In this document: positions 1 to 8,866 of the stretch, in pieces
How positions within the stretch are numbered: the first letter of the stretch is position 1
Layout of the letters: every line of letters starts with the position of its first letter
Source: Candidatus Aenigmatarchaeota archaeon
Lineage (GTDB): Archaea > Aenigmatarchaeota > Aenigmatarchaeia > QMZP01
DNA length: 12,996 bases
Reading direction: 5' to 3'
NCBI GenBank assembly: GCA_039091855.1
Contig: JAWCLA010000020.1
Coordinates: 1 to 12,996, forward strand
Made by a program: the position numbers and the translations under genes
The notes under the pieces: generated by a model
Database searches by the model: none
What the model saw: the letters and a program-made list of their open reading frames with translations, nothing else
What the model was told of the DNA's origin: nothing

Positions 1-1
1 A

Positions 2-1987
2 AAGAAAGTCGTCCTTGCGCCTGCCCAGAAGGGAGTTATTCTCCAAATGTCCCCAGACATTCTGAAAAAGAACCTCATTATGAGACCGCTGACAAAGAAG
101 GACATAGTAACCCCTTTCCCTGTTGTAAAGCAGAGAAGGGGCAGCCCGTTTGATGACCTGTTTGGGATGGACATAGAGGAGATATTTTTCGCTCCAATAC
201 CAGGAGAAACAAAGCTCGTTGTTGTTTCAACAAATCCCGAGGGAATAGTAAGGGTTACTGAAGACACAGAGGTTGAGCTCAGGCCAGAGGCGGTTGAGAT
301 AGAGGAAAAGGTCATACCAACAATAACCTACGAGGACATAGGAGGCTTGGGCGATGCCATAAACAAGATAAGGGAGATGGTCGAGCTTCCAATGAGGCAC
401 CCTGAGCTGTTCACGAAACTTGGTATAGAGCCACCAAAAGGCGTTTTGCTTTACGGGCCACCTGGAACGGGAAAGACACTGCTTGCGAAGGCTGTTGCAA
501 ACGAGTCCGGAGCAAATTTTTACTCTATAGCAGGACCTGAGGTTATGAGCAAGTGGTATGGTGAGTCCGAGGCAAACCTTCGCAAGATTTTCGAGGAAGC
601 GGAAAAGAACGCGCCTTCAATAATTTTCATAGACGAGATAGATGCCATCGCCCCGAAGAGGGAAGAGGTTACAGGGGAGGTTGAGAGAAGGGTTGTTTCA
701 CAGATTCTTACTTTAATGGATGGGTTGAAATCAAGGGGAAAGGTCATAGTAATTGCTGCCACAAACAGGCCTAACGCCATAGACCCCGCACTAAGGAGGC
801 CTGGAAGGTTTGACAGGGAGATAGAGATAGGGGTCCCTGACCAGAAGGGAAGGAAAGAGATTCTTCAAATACACACGAGAAACATGCCTATTGACCTCTC
901 CACTGTTGACCTTGACCATCTTGCCTCGATAACATATGGTTTTGTTGGGGCAGACCTTGAGGCTCTCTGCAAGGAAGCTGCAATGTCAGCCCTCAGGAGA
1001 AACCTTCCACAGATATCCTGGAAGACTATGGACGAGCTTCCACCAAAGGTGATAGAGAAGCTGAAAGTTACAAAGCAGGATTTTGACAACGCGTTGAAGA
1101 TTGTTGAGCCCTCTGCAATGAGGGAGGTTCTTGTTGAAGTTCCAAAGGTGAAGTGGGATGATGTGGGAGGATTGAAGGAGGTGAAGCAATCCCTCCAAGA
1201 AATAGTTGAGTGGCCGTTGAAACATCCGGAATCCTTCGAGAGAATAGGCATAAGGCCCCCAAAGGGAATTTTGCTTTATGGCCCGCCCGGCTCAGGAAAG
1301 ACGCTTCTTGCAAGGGCTGTTGCCACTGAATCTGGAGCGAATTTCATCTCAATAAAGGGACCCGAGGTCTTTTCAAAATGGGTTGGCGAGTCGGAGAAGC
1401 ACATAAGAGACATATTCAGGAGGGCAAGGCAGGTTGCACCTGCTGTGATATTCTTTGACGAGATAGACGCCCTTGCACCGCACAGGGGTCTTGAGGTTGG
1501 AACAAGGGTTTCTGAGAACGTTGTCTCGCAAATTCTTACTGAGATGTCAGGGCTTGAGGACATTCCTAATGTGGTGGTCATTGCTGCAACAAACAGGCCT
1601 GACATAATAGACCCCGCTCTTCTTAGACCTGGAAGGTTTGACAGGCAGGTTCTCGTTCCTGCTCCTGACGAGGAGGCAAGGCTTGAAATACTTAAGATAC
1701 ATACGAAAAAAATGCCTTTGAAGGGTGTTGATTTAAAGCACATAGCAAGGGAAACCGAAGGCTATTCAGGGGCAGACCTCGAGGCCTTGGTCAGGGAGGC
1801 GGGACTCAATGCACTGAGAAAGGACTTCAAGGCTAAGTATGTGACAAAGAAGGACTTTGAAGAGGCAATGAAAAAGGTAAAGCCCTCCGTGACCCCGGAG
1901 CTGGTTAAGTTCTACAACAAGATAGCGGAGAGGCTTAAGGCCCCGCCCACTGAAAAAGGAAAGGATAAGGTGGAATACGTAGGTTGA
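2..1987 (+). CDS. cdc48: Cdc48/VCP (p97/VAT) family double-ring AAA+ ATPase, 5'-truncated by the window edge
   Basis: Two AAA modules: Walker A GPPGTGKT and GPPGSGKT, Walker B IIFIDE and [27 protein letters not shown] twice. The frame is open from position 2 ([11 protein letters not shown]...), so the Met at 47 is internal to the N-domain. Confidence 0.97.
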   Translation, partial: KKVVLAPAQKGVILQMSPDILKKNLIMRPLTKKDIVTPFPVVKQRRGSPFDDLFGMDIEEIFFAPIPGETKLVVVSTNPEGIVRVTEDTEVELRPEAVEIEEKVIPTITYEDIGGLGDAINKIREMVELPMRHPELFTKLGIEPPKGVLLYGPPGTGKTLLAKAVANESGANFYSIAGPEVMSKWYGESEANLRKIFEEAEKNAPSIIFIDEIDAIAPKREEVTGEVERRVVSQILTLMDGLKSRGKVIVIAATNRPNAIDPALRRPGRFDREIEIGVPDQKGRKEILQIHTRNMPIDLSTVDLDHLASITYGFVGADLEALCKEAAMSALRRNLPQISWKTMDELPPKVIEKLKVTKQDFDNALKIVEPSAMREVLVEVPKVKWDDVGGLKEVKQSLQEIVEWPLKHPESFERIGIRPPKGILLYGPPGSGKTLLARAVATESGANFISIKGPEVFSKWVGESEKHIRDIFRRARQVAPAVIFFDEIDALAPHRGLEVGTRVSENVVSQILTEMSGLEDIPNVVVIAATNRPDIIDPALLRPGRFDRQVLVPAPDEEARLEILKIHTKKMPLKGVDLKHIARETEGYSGADLEALVREAGLNALRKDFKAKYVTKKDFEEAMKKVKPSVTPELVKFYNKIAERLKAPPTEKGKDKVEYVG

Positions 1988-2059
1988 TTGTAAAATAAAA
2001 CTGATGATATTTTGTTATATTTGATAGAATAAAGACACATAAAACCAATCTAATAAACG

Positions 2060-2943
2060 GGCTGTGTAGAAACCATCCGTAAAAGCCCATAATAACCTTC
2101 CTGTGCACGTTGCAAATAGCACACATCAAGACGACCTCATTGCATTGGTGAACCAATGACCTTGACTGAAGCCATGAGCCCATCAACCGTTTCCTCACGC
2201 TGTTAACAGTTTCTACCAACGATCTCTTGTGATATATGGTGTTATCAAAATGTCTTAGCATTTTCTTCCTGTACGAGCCGTATGTCTTGCCGTCTCTTCT
2301 CTTCCTTACCGGTATCATAGGTTTGCTGCCCAATTGCTTGACAAGGCGGTGGTTAGTCGCTGTAATGACCCTTATCAGCTGTTATGTATGCAGGTTTGGC
2401 AAGGCTGGCTGACTGCCTTGCCAGCCATTCAAAGTCTGTGTTGTCATTTCTTGGACCGAGCCTTGTTTTCACTGCCAGTATGGACTGGTTAACTGTGCAC
2501 ACGGCTAAGCTTGTCTTTATGTAGGTCTTCCTTTCCTGTTCCCCATGCATCCTTTGTGCATAGTATACGCTTGCATGGGTACTGGAGTAGCCGGTTGAGT
2601 CCATGGCGACTATGGTTTGCTCGCTATGAAAAAGGCAAACAGTTCGAACAAAAACAGCATAAATAACAGATGAATTGGAGCGAAGGAAGAATTTGTTAAC
2701 TGTTGTGAAGTGAGGTGGTTGGTGAATGCCAATTGCCTGCCTGAGTTCAGGCATCAGTTCAAGCAGCTCAATTATCCGTCTGTAATCTGTTTTTGTGTAT
2801 TTCATCAGGCACCATATAGCCGCTAATTGATACTGCTTATAGGTGTGCCTGGACTTCCTGCATGAATATGCTGGGAGAGAGCGGGAGAGAACCGAACATA
2901 AACGGACAGTTAGCTTTATTATCCGATTGACCTTATTATTCAT
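2060..2943 (-). pseudogene. IS5-family DDE transposase, split by a frameshift near 2355
   Basis: The N-part (2943-2353) has PHFTTV, AMDSTGY and ITADKG. The C-part continues in the +1 frame (NHRLVKQLGSKPMIPVRK...YHKRSLVETVNS..KR). The junction reads GAC-T-AAC, and the usual DKGYDS motif appears as DKGHYS. Confidence 0.88.
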
Positions 2944-3019
2944 AAGGCTCCCTCCTTATTGGTTTAAAATATATAATTAGTTAAGGCTGGGAGCCTGCTT
3001 ATATGTTTTCTACAGAGCC
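2060..3019 (-). mobile_element. IS5-family insertion sequence (~960 bp)
   Basis: Terminal inverted repeats GGCTGTGTAGAAA (2060-2072) and TTTCTACAGAGCC (3007-3019; reverse complement GGCTCTGTAGAAA, 12/13 match) enclose a DDE transposase. No clear target-site duplication. Confidence 0.9.
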
Positions 3020-3028
3020 AGAGAAACA

Positions 3029-3110
3029 GCCTGTAGAAACCATCCATAAAAGCCTATAACAATATTCCTAGTGTATTGTAAATTCCACACATCATCAACT
3101 CATTAAACTG
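3029..3110 (-). mobile_element. Degenerate remnant of the 3' end of a related IS5 copy
   Basis: tgtagaaaccatccataaaagcctataacaatattcc...cacacatca...ctcatt aligns with 2065-2145 (tgtagaaaccatccgtaaaagcccataataaccttcc...cacacatca...ctcatt) with substitutions and small indels. Weaker similarity may extend to about 3200. Confidence 0.8.
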
Positions 3111-3286
3111 TGGAATTTTTCAATAAATTGACTAGGAAGGGAGAGTTTCTAATTAATTCACCTCAACAATATTTCTTAGTATGTGGTTATAATGAAGATG
3201 GCTGAGGAACAGTCTCCTCAAGATGGGAATATATATTGGGAAATATAAATGTTTTAATTGATTCTTTATTTAAAATCAAAAACAGA

Positions 3287-3550
3287 TTACCTCTCAACTA
3301 TCTCAACCTTTGTTCCCATCGCTGTTCCAGGAAGCCCCTTTGGAAACCTTGCCCTTAACACCCCATTGTTGCCGTGGGTTTTTACTATCTTTCCGAAAAT
3401 CTTTTTCTTTGCAGGAGTGGTCCAAACCACCCTTTTGCCTATGTACCTGGCAGCGAGCTCCTTGGAATTAACTCCTTCTATCTCTATCAGGAGCTGGTTC
3501 CCGTGCATTGTGTGAGCTCCTCTCCTGTAGCTTATTATTGTTGCCTTCAT
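3287..3550 (-). CDS. rpl35ae: 50S ribosomal protein L35Ae
   Basis: 87 aa with SYRRG.H...NQ.LI, YIGKRVVW and GKI...HGN.GV.RARF..GLPG.A.G, the L35Ae signature. Confidence 0.96.
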   Translation of the reverse strand: MKATIISYRRGAHTMHGNQLLIEIEGVNSKELAARYIGKRVVWTTPAKKKIFGKIVKTHGNNGVLRARFPKGLPGTAMGTKVEIVER

Positions 3551-3625
3551 AGGTATGAGATTGTGCGCAAAGGTTTAAATATATTTTACAGGATGGTTGA
3601 TAAAGGATGCTAATTCAAAAGCATA

Positions 3626-4207
3626 TTAAGGCCTGAACATCCTTTTTCTTGGCATAACGTCAAGATTCGATTTAATCATAGCCTCCACGGGATGCGTTCC
3701 ACCTGCCACATCACATAAAAGTGAGATTGCCAGCTGGCTCCCAATTCTGCCTTTGGGTACAGCAACATTTTGATTTTTGCAGATTTCGTCCAATTGCTTT
3801 TGTTTTCTTTCAGGTCGGCCGTTAAAATTTATATCTTCCTGTTCAAGTATCCATTTCAGGCAGTATAAAATGTATTCAAGCGAATAACCAGGAAGGTTTT
3901 GTGTTTTTGCTGAATATTTGGAAAGCAGCTTTTCTATGGGTATATTATTCCATAATTCTATAATCGCATTAAAGACTTCTCTTGCTTGTTGTCTATTTGC
4001 ACATATTTTGCCATAAAGATCAATTGCAAAATGAGCGTGTTTTGGGGTTAAAAAATGCAAAGGATTTAGAGAGAAAACCGCTCTAACCTTAAAATCATTT
4101 GCAGACTTTCCGTCCTCTGTTTTTATGACGTACCATCCATTCGAGAGCCTCACAAAATCTATTATGCCTTTTCCTCTTAATTTTTCGCCTTTTTTAATTT
4201 CTACCAT
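3626..4207 (-). CDS. Hypothetical protein (about 193 aa), candidate nuclease or defence partner of the adjacent methyltransferase
   Basis: Long AT-rich ORF. The start was placed at ATG 4207 (MVEIKK...) because a TTTTAATA box lies about 21-28 nt upstream and the longer start overlaps the divergent promoter region. No family recognised. Confidence 0.7.
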   Translation of the reverse strand: MVEIKKGEKLRGKGIIDFVRLSNGWYVIKTEDGKSANDFKVRAVFSLNPLHFLTPKHAHFAIDLYGKICANRQQAREVFNAIIELWNNIPIEKLLSKYSAKTQNLPGYSLEYILYCLKWILEQEDINFNGRPERKQKQLDEICKNQNVAVPKGRIGSQLAISLLCDVAGGTHPVEAMIKSNLDVMPRKRMFRP

Positions 4208-4245
4208 AAAAATAAACTTAGAAAGAATATTAAAATGATTCATCA

Positions 4246-4271
4246 ATTAATAAATATTTATATTTATTAAT
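4246..4271. promoter_or_regulatory. Perfect palindromic operator overlapping the TATA box of the RHH-methyltransferase operon
   Basis: ATTAATAAATAT-tt-ATATTTATTAAT (12-bp arms, 2-nt spacer). TTTATATT at 4257-4264 lies about 20 nt before ATG 4285. Confidence 0.6.
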
Positions 4272-4284
4272 CAATAGAGATAGT

Positions 4285-4425
4285 ATGAGAAAAACAGTAA
4301 TAACGATAACTATTGACAGAGAAGTTTTGGAAAAGTTTAGAAGTATTTGTGAAAAAAATGACATAAAAATTTCAACCAAAATAAATACACTTATGAAGGA
4401 ATGGGTTTCTAAAAATGGAGAATAG
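4285..4425 (+). CDS. Ribbon-helix-helix (CopG/MetJ/Arc-type) DNA-binding protein, 46 aa; absent from the ORF track
   Basis: Manual translation MRKTVITITIDREVLEKFRSICEKNDIKISTKINTLMKEWVSKNGE: alternating beta strand, 'ID.EV...F' helix A, 'IS..IN.LM..W' helix B. Its stop is 2 nt before the methyltransferase ATG. Confidence 0.85.
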   Translation: MRKTVITITIDREVLEKFRSICEKNDIKISTKINTLMKEWVSKNGE

Positions 4426-4427
4426 AT

Positions 4428-5354
4428 ATGTCAAAATTAATCCCAATGCAGGAAATAACAAAGAGGGACTATTTAGAATTTATCAAAAACCATAATTCAG
4501 TTACAATCGAAGACGCAGTTTTGAATGTTGGTAAAAACTGGAAAATAAAATCCCTTCACCCCCAGGATTTTGAAATGGAAACCACTACAATTTGGAGTTT
4601 TCCAAAGAGGGGTGATTGGGCAACACACTACCTGAATGCTAAATACAGAGGAAACTGGGCTCCACAAGTTGCAAGAAACCTTATTTTGAGATATTCAAAA
4701 GACGGTGACACGGTTTTGGATCCTTTTGTGGGATCAGGAACCACTCTTATTGAATGCAAAATAACAGGCAGGAAGGGAATAGGAATTGACATAAATAAGG
4801 AAGCCCTTATAGTGACTTTGGACAGATTAAATATGCCATCACTTGACAAAAAAATGCTAGATAATTGTCAAAAGGTTTTCTTGGGCGATGCAAGAAATCT
4901 TAACGAAATTGGTAATGAAAGCATTGATTTTATTGCTACGCACCCGCCGTATGCAAGCATTATATCTTATACAAAAAACTCAAACCACAAGGAGGAAGGT
5001 GATCTTTCAAAGGTTCGCTCCATAGACGAGTTTGTAAAAGAGATGAAAAAGGTTGCTATTGAGTTATGGCGGGTATTAAAACCAGGAAAGTATTGTGCAA
5101 TTTTGATAGGTGATACGAGACGACACAAACACCAAGTTCCAATATCTTTCAGGGTTATGCAAACATTTCTTGATGTCGGTTTTGTTCTAAAAGAAAACAT
5201 AATCAAGGTACAACACAACACAAAAACTGCTCCGCTTTGGAAAAAAATGTCCTTAAAAAACAACTTTCTGCTTCTTGCGCATGAGCATTTATTCGTTTTC
5301 AGAAAGCCGGAAAAAGGAGAAAAGACGAAAATTTTTAGGGAAAGCATGAAGTGA
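4428..5354 (+). CDS. SAM-dependent amino-methyltransferase (N6A/N4C DNA methylase-like, TRM11-related fold)
   Basis: Motif I VLDPFVGSGTT, GIGIDIN, GDARNL, catalytic motif IV ATHPPY, RVLKPGKY, C-terminal HEHLFVFRKP. Confidence 0.88.
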   Translation: MSKLIPMQEITKRDYLEFIKNHNSVTIEDAVLNVGKNWKIKSLHPQDFEMETTTIWSFPKRGDWATHYLNAKYRGNWAPQVARNLILRYSKDGDTVLDPFVGSGTTLIECKITGRKGIGIDINKEALIVTLDRLNMPSLDKKMLDNCQKVFLGDARNLNEIGNESIDFIATHPPYASIISYTKNSNHKEEGDLSKVRSIDEFVKEMKKVAIELWRVLKPGKYCAILIGDTRRHKHQVPISFRVMQTFLDVGFVLKENIIKVQHNTKTAPLWKKMSLKNNFLLLAHEHLFVFRKPEKGEKTKIFRESMK

Positions 5355-5358
5355 TATT

Positions 5359-5682
5359 GTGGGAGGCGCACCTAATTATTCAAAAGGAAGGCAGATGATG
5401 AGGAAGATTTCAGAAGGCAGGGCAAAGGCGTTTGCACAAAACATAATAATAAAGGACGGTAAAGGCAGATATCCAGACTGCTTAAAGATTCTTCCTTACA
5501 ATTGGTGTCCAAACCAAAACGAAATTTCAAATGATTCAAAAAACCTGCCAGAAACCTGTAAAACATGCCAAGAGTTTCTTAAAAGCAGGTTTTATTTACA
5601 GCATTTTGCACAAAAAATCCATAAAGATATGCTCAAAAGGATAAGTGAGCAGGGATTGCCGACTTCAATAGAAATAAAATAG
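5359..5682 (+). CDS. Hypothetical protein with four cysteines (C-x8-C-x16-CxxC)
   Basis: 107-aa ORF with a GTG start 4 nt after the methyltransferase stop; fills the gap up to the PINA stop codon. Confidence 0.65.
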   Translation: MGGAPNYSKGRQMMRKISEGRAKAFAQNIIIKDGKGRYPDCLKILPYNWCPNQNEISNDSKNLPETCKTCQEFLKSRFYLQHFAQKIHKDMLKRISEQGLPTSIEIK

Positions 5683-5683
5683 T

Positions 5684-7495
5684 TTACCCTTTCCCGTAAA
5701 TCTTCAGCCGTCCTGAAGATATTGCCTGCAACACAGTTTTACCGAGGGAGGACTTCTTTTTAACCCTTATCCTTCCCTTTTTTCCCACTATTGCGGAGAA
5801 TATAAAATCATTCCCGCTGTAAACGTCAACCTGCTCGCCTGTCAGGGAGGAATTAACCTTAAGGTCAAAGTGGTTCCCTGTCTCCTCAAAGCCGAAGGGT
5901 ATGGACTGCTTAAGGGTTTTTTCCTTAGGCTCGACAGAGATGTGAAGCCCCAGCTTCTTTTCAAGGGACTCTATGTTTTTGCCCTTTTTTCCTATAAGCT
6001 TTGATATTACCTCGTTTTTTACCCTCACAACTACCCTGTCCTCAGACTCAAACTCAACCTCAGGGTTTGAATCCCAGTTCCTGAGCTCCTGAAGTATCCT
6101 CGCCTTTGCCAGGTCTTTTAGTGGCGATTTTTCGTGCTGCTTCGTGACAGGGATTATGACATTTTCCTCTCCGTAGGTGTAAATCTCGTATTCGAGCCTC
6201 TTTGTCTCGTAATCCCTGACCTCGACAACAGGCCTTGCCAAGTCCGCTTCCTTCATGCCTGTCGGGACTTTTACCTTCATCCCTATCTCGAATGTCTTTA
6301 GGATTTTTCCTCCCGAGATGTAAATCACCGTGTCTATCACGTGGGGAATTGTCCCCAGCTCGAGCCTGCCTATGAACCTTTGTATAGCGCTGACAGGGTT
6401 GGTTGCGTGGACAACCCCTATCATACCTACGCCCGCAAGCCTCATGTCAGCAAAAACCTTGAAGTCCTTTGTCCTCCTGACCTCATCAAATATTGTGTAA
6501 TCAGGCCTAACGAGAAGGAGTATCTCTGCTGTTTTCTCCCAGTCCCCCTCAAGCGGTGCGTACTGCGTAACCTCCGGCCCAACCTGAAGGTCCCTTGGCT
6601 GCTCAAAGGTTTTCACAACCTTTCCCTTTGCCGAAAGGAAGTCGGCAATGGAGGCGGCAAATGTTGACTTTCCTGAGCCTGGCGGTCCTGCTATGAGAAT
6701 CCCGTACGAGCCTTTGAGGATTTTTTCCTCAAGCTCCTTGTGCAAATTGTAGTCAGAAAGCGTGAGCTTTGCAACGGGCCTTACCGCCGTGAGCTCAAGC
6801 CTGTCTGAAAAAGGAGGCCTTGTTATAGCTATCCTGTAGTTTCCGAGCTGTATGACCATTGCCCCGTGCTTTCCCATTTCTATGAAGCCGTCCTCATCAA
6901 CCCTTACCTTTGACTCTATCTGTTCTATTATCTTCTTCAGTTCTGACTCTTCCATTGGGGTTTCGCTGAGGAAGTGCATCCTTACTTCCCCTGGTTTTCC
7001 CTTTTTGGCATAAGGTATAACTCCTGCCTTTAAATGGATAGATTGCGTGTCAGGGGTGAAGAATTTCTCAATAATCAGCTTCTCCTTACTTACATCATAC
7101 TTCACGTGCTCTATCGGGACTCCCTCCGCCTCGCCAACAAGCGCCTGAACGTAATCGGCAGTAACAAGTGTTGCATTGTGCTTTGCGGCAACATCCCTTA
7201 TTATGGCGTCTATCCTTCCCTTCTTTGCAAGCTGTATCTCCTCAAGCGTGGGCCTTTTTCCCGTGAACTCAACCTTTACGTTGTGCTCCTTTCCTGCCTC
7301 TCTTATCTTCTTTATTTCTTCCAGTCCCTGGAATCCTATCTCCTTCCCCCTTGATGCCTGGGCCTGCAGCTCATCCACCACAGCCCTTGGTATCAGTATA
7401 GTGACGTTTTTTATCTTTCCTGACTTTATTAGGGCAGAAAGCTCCCCGTGTATCAGTATGCTCGTGTCAGGAACGAGTGTTTTTGACTTTTCCAT
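5684..7495 (-). CDS. PINA-type PIN-domain / P-loop ATPase / KH-domain protein (archaeal Holliday-junction branch-migration ATPase family)
   Basis: N-terminal PIN domain (VPDTS, ELQAQA, IDAIIRD, LVTAD), Walker A GPPGSGKST, LLVRPDYTIFDEVR, DMRLAGVGMIGVVHA, C-terminal KH loop LIGKKG. Confidence 0.93.
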   Translation of the reverse strand: MEKSKTLVPDTSILIHGELSALIKSGKIKNVTILIPRAVVDELQAQASRGKEIGFQGLEEIKKIREAGKEHNVKVEFTGKRPTLEEIQLAKKGRIDAIIRDVAAKHNATLVTADYVQALVGEAEGVPIEHVKYDVSKEKLIIEKFFTPDTQSIHLKAGVIPYAKKGKPGEVRMHFLSETPMEESELKKIIEQIESKVRVDEDGFIEMGKHGAMVIQLGNYRIAITRPPFSDRLELTAVRPVAKLTLSDYNLHKELEEKILKGSYGILIAGPPGSGKSTFAASIADFLSAKGKVVKTFEQPRDLQVGPEVTQYAPLEGDWEKTAEILLLVRPDYTIFDEVRRTKDFKVFADMRLAGVGMIGVVHATNPVSAIQRFIGRLELGTIPHVIDTVIYISGGKILKTFEIGMKVKVPTGMKEADLARPVVEVRDYETKRLEYEIYTYGEENVIIPVTKQHEKSPLKDLAKARILQELRNWDSNPEVEFESEDRVVVRVKNEVISKLIGKKGKNIESLEKKLGLHISVEPKEKTLKQSIPFGFEETGNHFDLKVNSSLTGEQVDVYSGNDFIFSAIVGKKGRIRVKKKSSLGKTVLQAISSGRLKIYGKG

Positions 7496-7751
7496 AATTT
7501 TCTCCTTATTTGCAATATCTTCACTGAACGTGAGATATATTAAATTTTTTCAATAGATGACCCACATCACTAAAACAATAAGCTGCTAATGATATGGGCA
7601 ACTCATCATTCAATTAGAACTAGTTTGCTGGCTCAAACTTTGTTCCTTTATGAATTGTTTTATAACTATTTAAATACTTTATCGTTATATTTATAAGTCC
7701 CTTTTTAAAGCTTTGGGTTATCTTTATAAGGGAAAGGCGCTTGCCTTTTCG

Positions 7752-7760
7752 AAAGGAGGT
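7752..7760 (+). promoter_or_regulatory. Shine-Dalgarno site of tbp
   Basis: AAAGGAGGT, 6 nt before ATG 7767. Confidence 0.8.
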
Positions 7761-7766
7761 TTGAAT

Positions 7767-8333
7767 ATGCCTGCGGAATTTCAGGTTAAAGTTGAGAATG
7801 TGGTTGCTTTTACTTCGCTGGGAAAGGACATACCTTTGAACAAGCTCATAAACAAGATAGAAAACGCTGAATACGAGCCCGAGCAGTTTCCCGGGCTTGT
7901 TTACAGGACAAACGATCCAAGGGCTGCTGCCCTCATATTCTCATCAGGGAAGATAGTGTGCACAGGTGCAAAAAGCATAGACATGGCGAAGGTTGCAATG
8001 AAAAAGGTCGTTGACAGGGTCAGGCAAACAGGTATAAACCTTCCCACCAAGTTCAACGTTCAGGTGGAAAACATAGTCGCTTCGTCAAAAATCAAGGCAA
8101 ACCTCAACCTTGAGGAGATAGCCTTTTCGCTTGAGAATGCAGAATACGAGCCCGAGCAGTTTCCCGGGCTTGTTTACAGGATAAACGACCCGAGAGTCGC
8201 TTTCCTGCTTTTCAGCTCCGGGAAGATAATATGCACAGGAGCGCACAACATCGATGACATACACAGCGCGCTCAACAAGCTGAAGAAGAGATTGGAGGAA
8301 ATAGGGATAAAGGTCACACCATTGAAGGACTAA
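7767..8333 (+). CDS. tbp: TATA-box-binding protein
   Basis: Two TBP repeats (ENVVA/ENIVA...YEPEQFPGLVYR..DPR...L.FSSGKI.CTGA). Start moved from TTG 7713 to ATG 7767 because of the SD site. Confidence 0.98.
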   Translation: MPAEFQVKVENVVAFTSLGKDIPLNKLINKIENAEYEPEQFPGLVYRTNDPRAAALIFSSGKIVCTGAKSIDMAKVAMKKVVDRVRQTGINLPTKFNVQVENIVASSKIKANLNLEEIAFSLENAEYEPEQFPGLVYRINDPRVAFLLFSSGKIICTGAHNIDDIHSALNKLKKRLEEIGIKVTPLKD

Positions 8334-8348
8334 TTTCTTAGAACAAAG

Positions 8349-8534
8349 CTATTTCCTTCTGTCTCCCTGAACGGTCTTCCACTGCCAGGCATACTTGCGG
8401 ATTTTTGCTGATTTTCCGAAGCCGCACGCTGAGCAAAACTTTTTTGTCACGTTATAGCTTCTCCTTCCGCATCTCCTGCAAACTATGTGGACTTTTTTCT
8501 GCCTCTTCCCGAAACTGGGAGTTCCCTTTGTCAT
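8349..8534 (-). CDS. rpl37e: 50S ribosomal protein L37e
   Basis: [11 protein letters not shown]...[12 protein letters not shown]....KFCSACGFG zinc ribbon; GAGGT SD upstream. Confidence 0.97.
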   Translation of the reverse strand: MTKGTPSFGKRQKKVHIVCRRCGRRSYNVTKKFCSACGFGKSAKIRKYAWQWKTVQGDRRK

Positions 8535-8578
8535 AAACTACCTCTTTATACAGCACAAGTTGAACTGGTTTTAACCAA

Positions 8579-8794
8579 TCATTTTCCCGGAGAGATGTAG
8601 ACTATGTTGTCTCCCCTGACAAGGACCTTTCCGAGGGTTATTTCGTTTTCTCCCTGTATCTTTGCATCCTCGAGCCATATGTTTATGTGTGAGTCAAACG
8701 CCTTCAGGACACCCACTATGTCCTCTCCCTTTTTTGTCCTTATCAGGATTCTCTTCTCCAGGGAACTTCCAAGAACATCCAAAGGTCTCTGCAT
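8579..8794 (-). CDS. Sm-like archaeal protein (SmAP/Lsm)
   Basis: RPLDVL, G.LKAFD.H.N..LEDA (Sm1) and VLVRGDNIVYISP (Sm2). Lies directly upstream of rpl37e, the conserved archaeal pairing. Start taken at ATG 8794 (MQRPLD). Confidence 0.95.
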   Translation of the reverse strand: MQRPLDVLGSSLEKRILIRTKKGEDIVGVLKAFDSHINIWLEDAKIQGENEITLGKVLVRGDNIVYISPGK

Positions 8795-8866
8795 TAACCT
8801 AACACCCCAATCAATCAAAAATATTAGTTTATTCCCACAGGTATTTAAATACGCAAAACGGATTTT

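Noticed and set aside
753-1645. DNA-level repeats between the Cdc48 D1 and D2 modules (e.g. CCTGGAAGGTTTGACAGG)
   Set aside because: Short (18 nt or less), interrupted, and explainable by protein conservation plus codon bias, unlike the 40-nt tbp tract.
520-1743. Antisense ORFs within cdc48 (likewise those inside rpl35ae, the methyltransferase, PINA, lsm, rps8e and dnaJ)
   Set aside because: Shadow frames of well-supported genes with no recognisable motifs.
1935-2059. Transposase C-terminal tail overlapping the cdc48 3' end
   Set aside because: The frame simply runs out through the TIR into host DNA; it is not element-encoded and the gene is already broken.
2340-2370. Programmed frameshift in the transposase
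   Set aside because: No slippery run at the junction and the DKGYDS motif is also degraded, so inactivation is more likely.
2051-3028. Target-site duplication of the IS
   Set aside because: The flanks TAATAAACG and AGAGAAACA share only AAAC; not convincing.
7713-7766. Longer TBP start at TTG 7713
   Set aside because: A strong SD precedes ATG 7767 and the extension overlaps TATA-like sequence.
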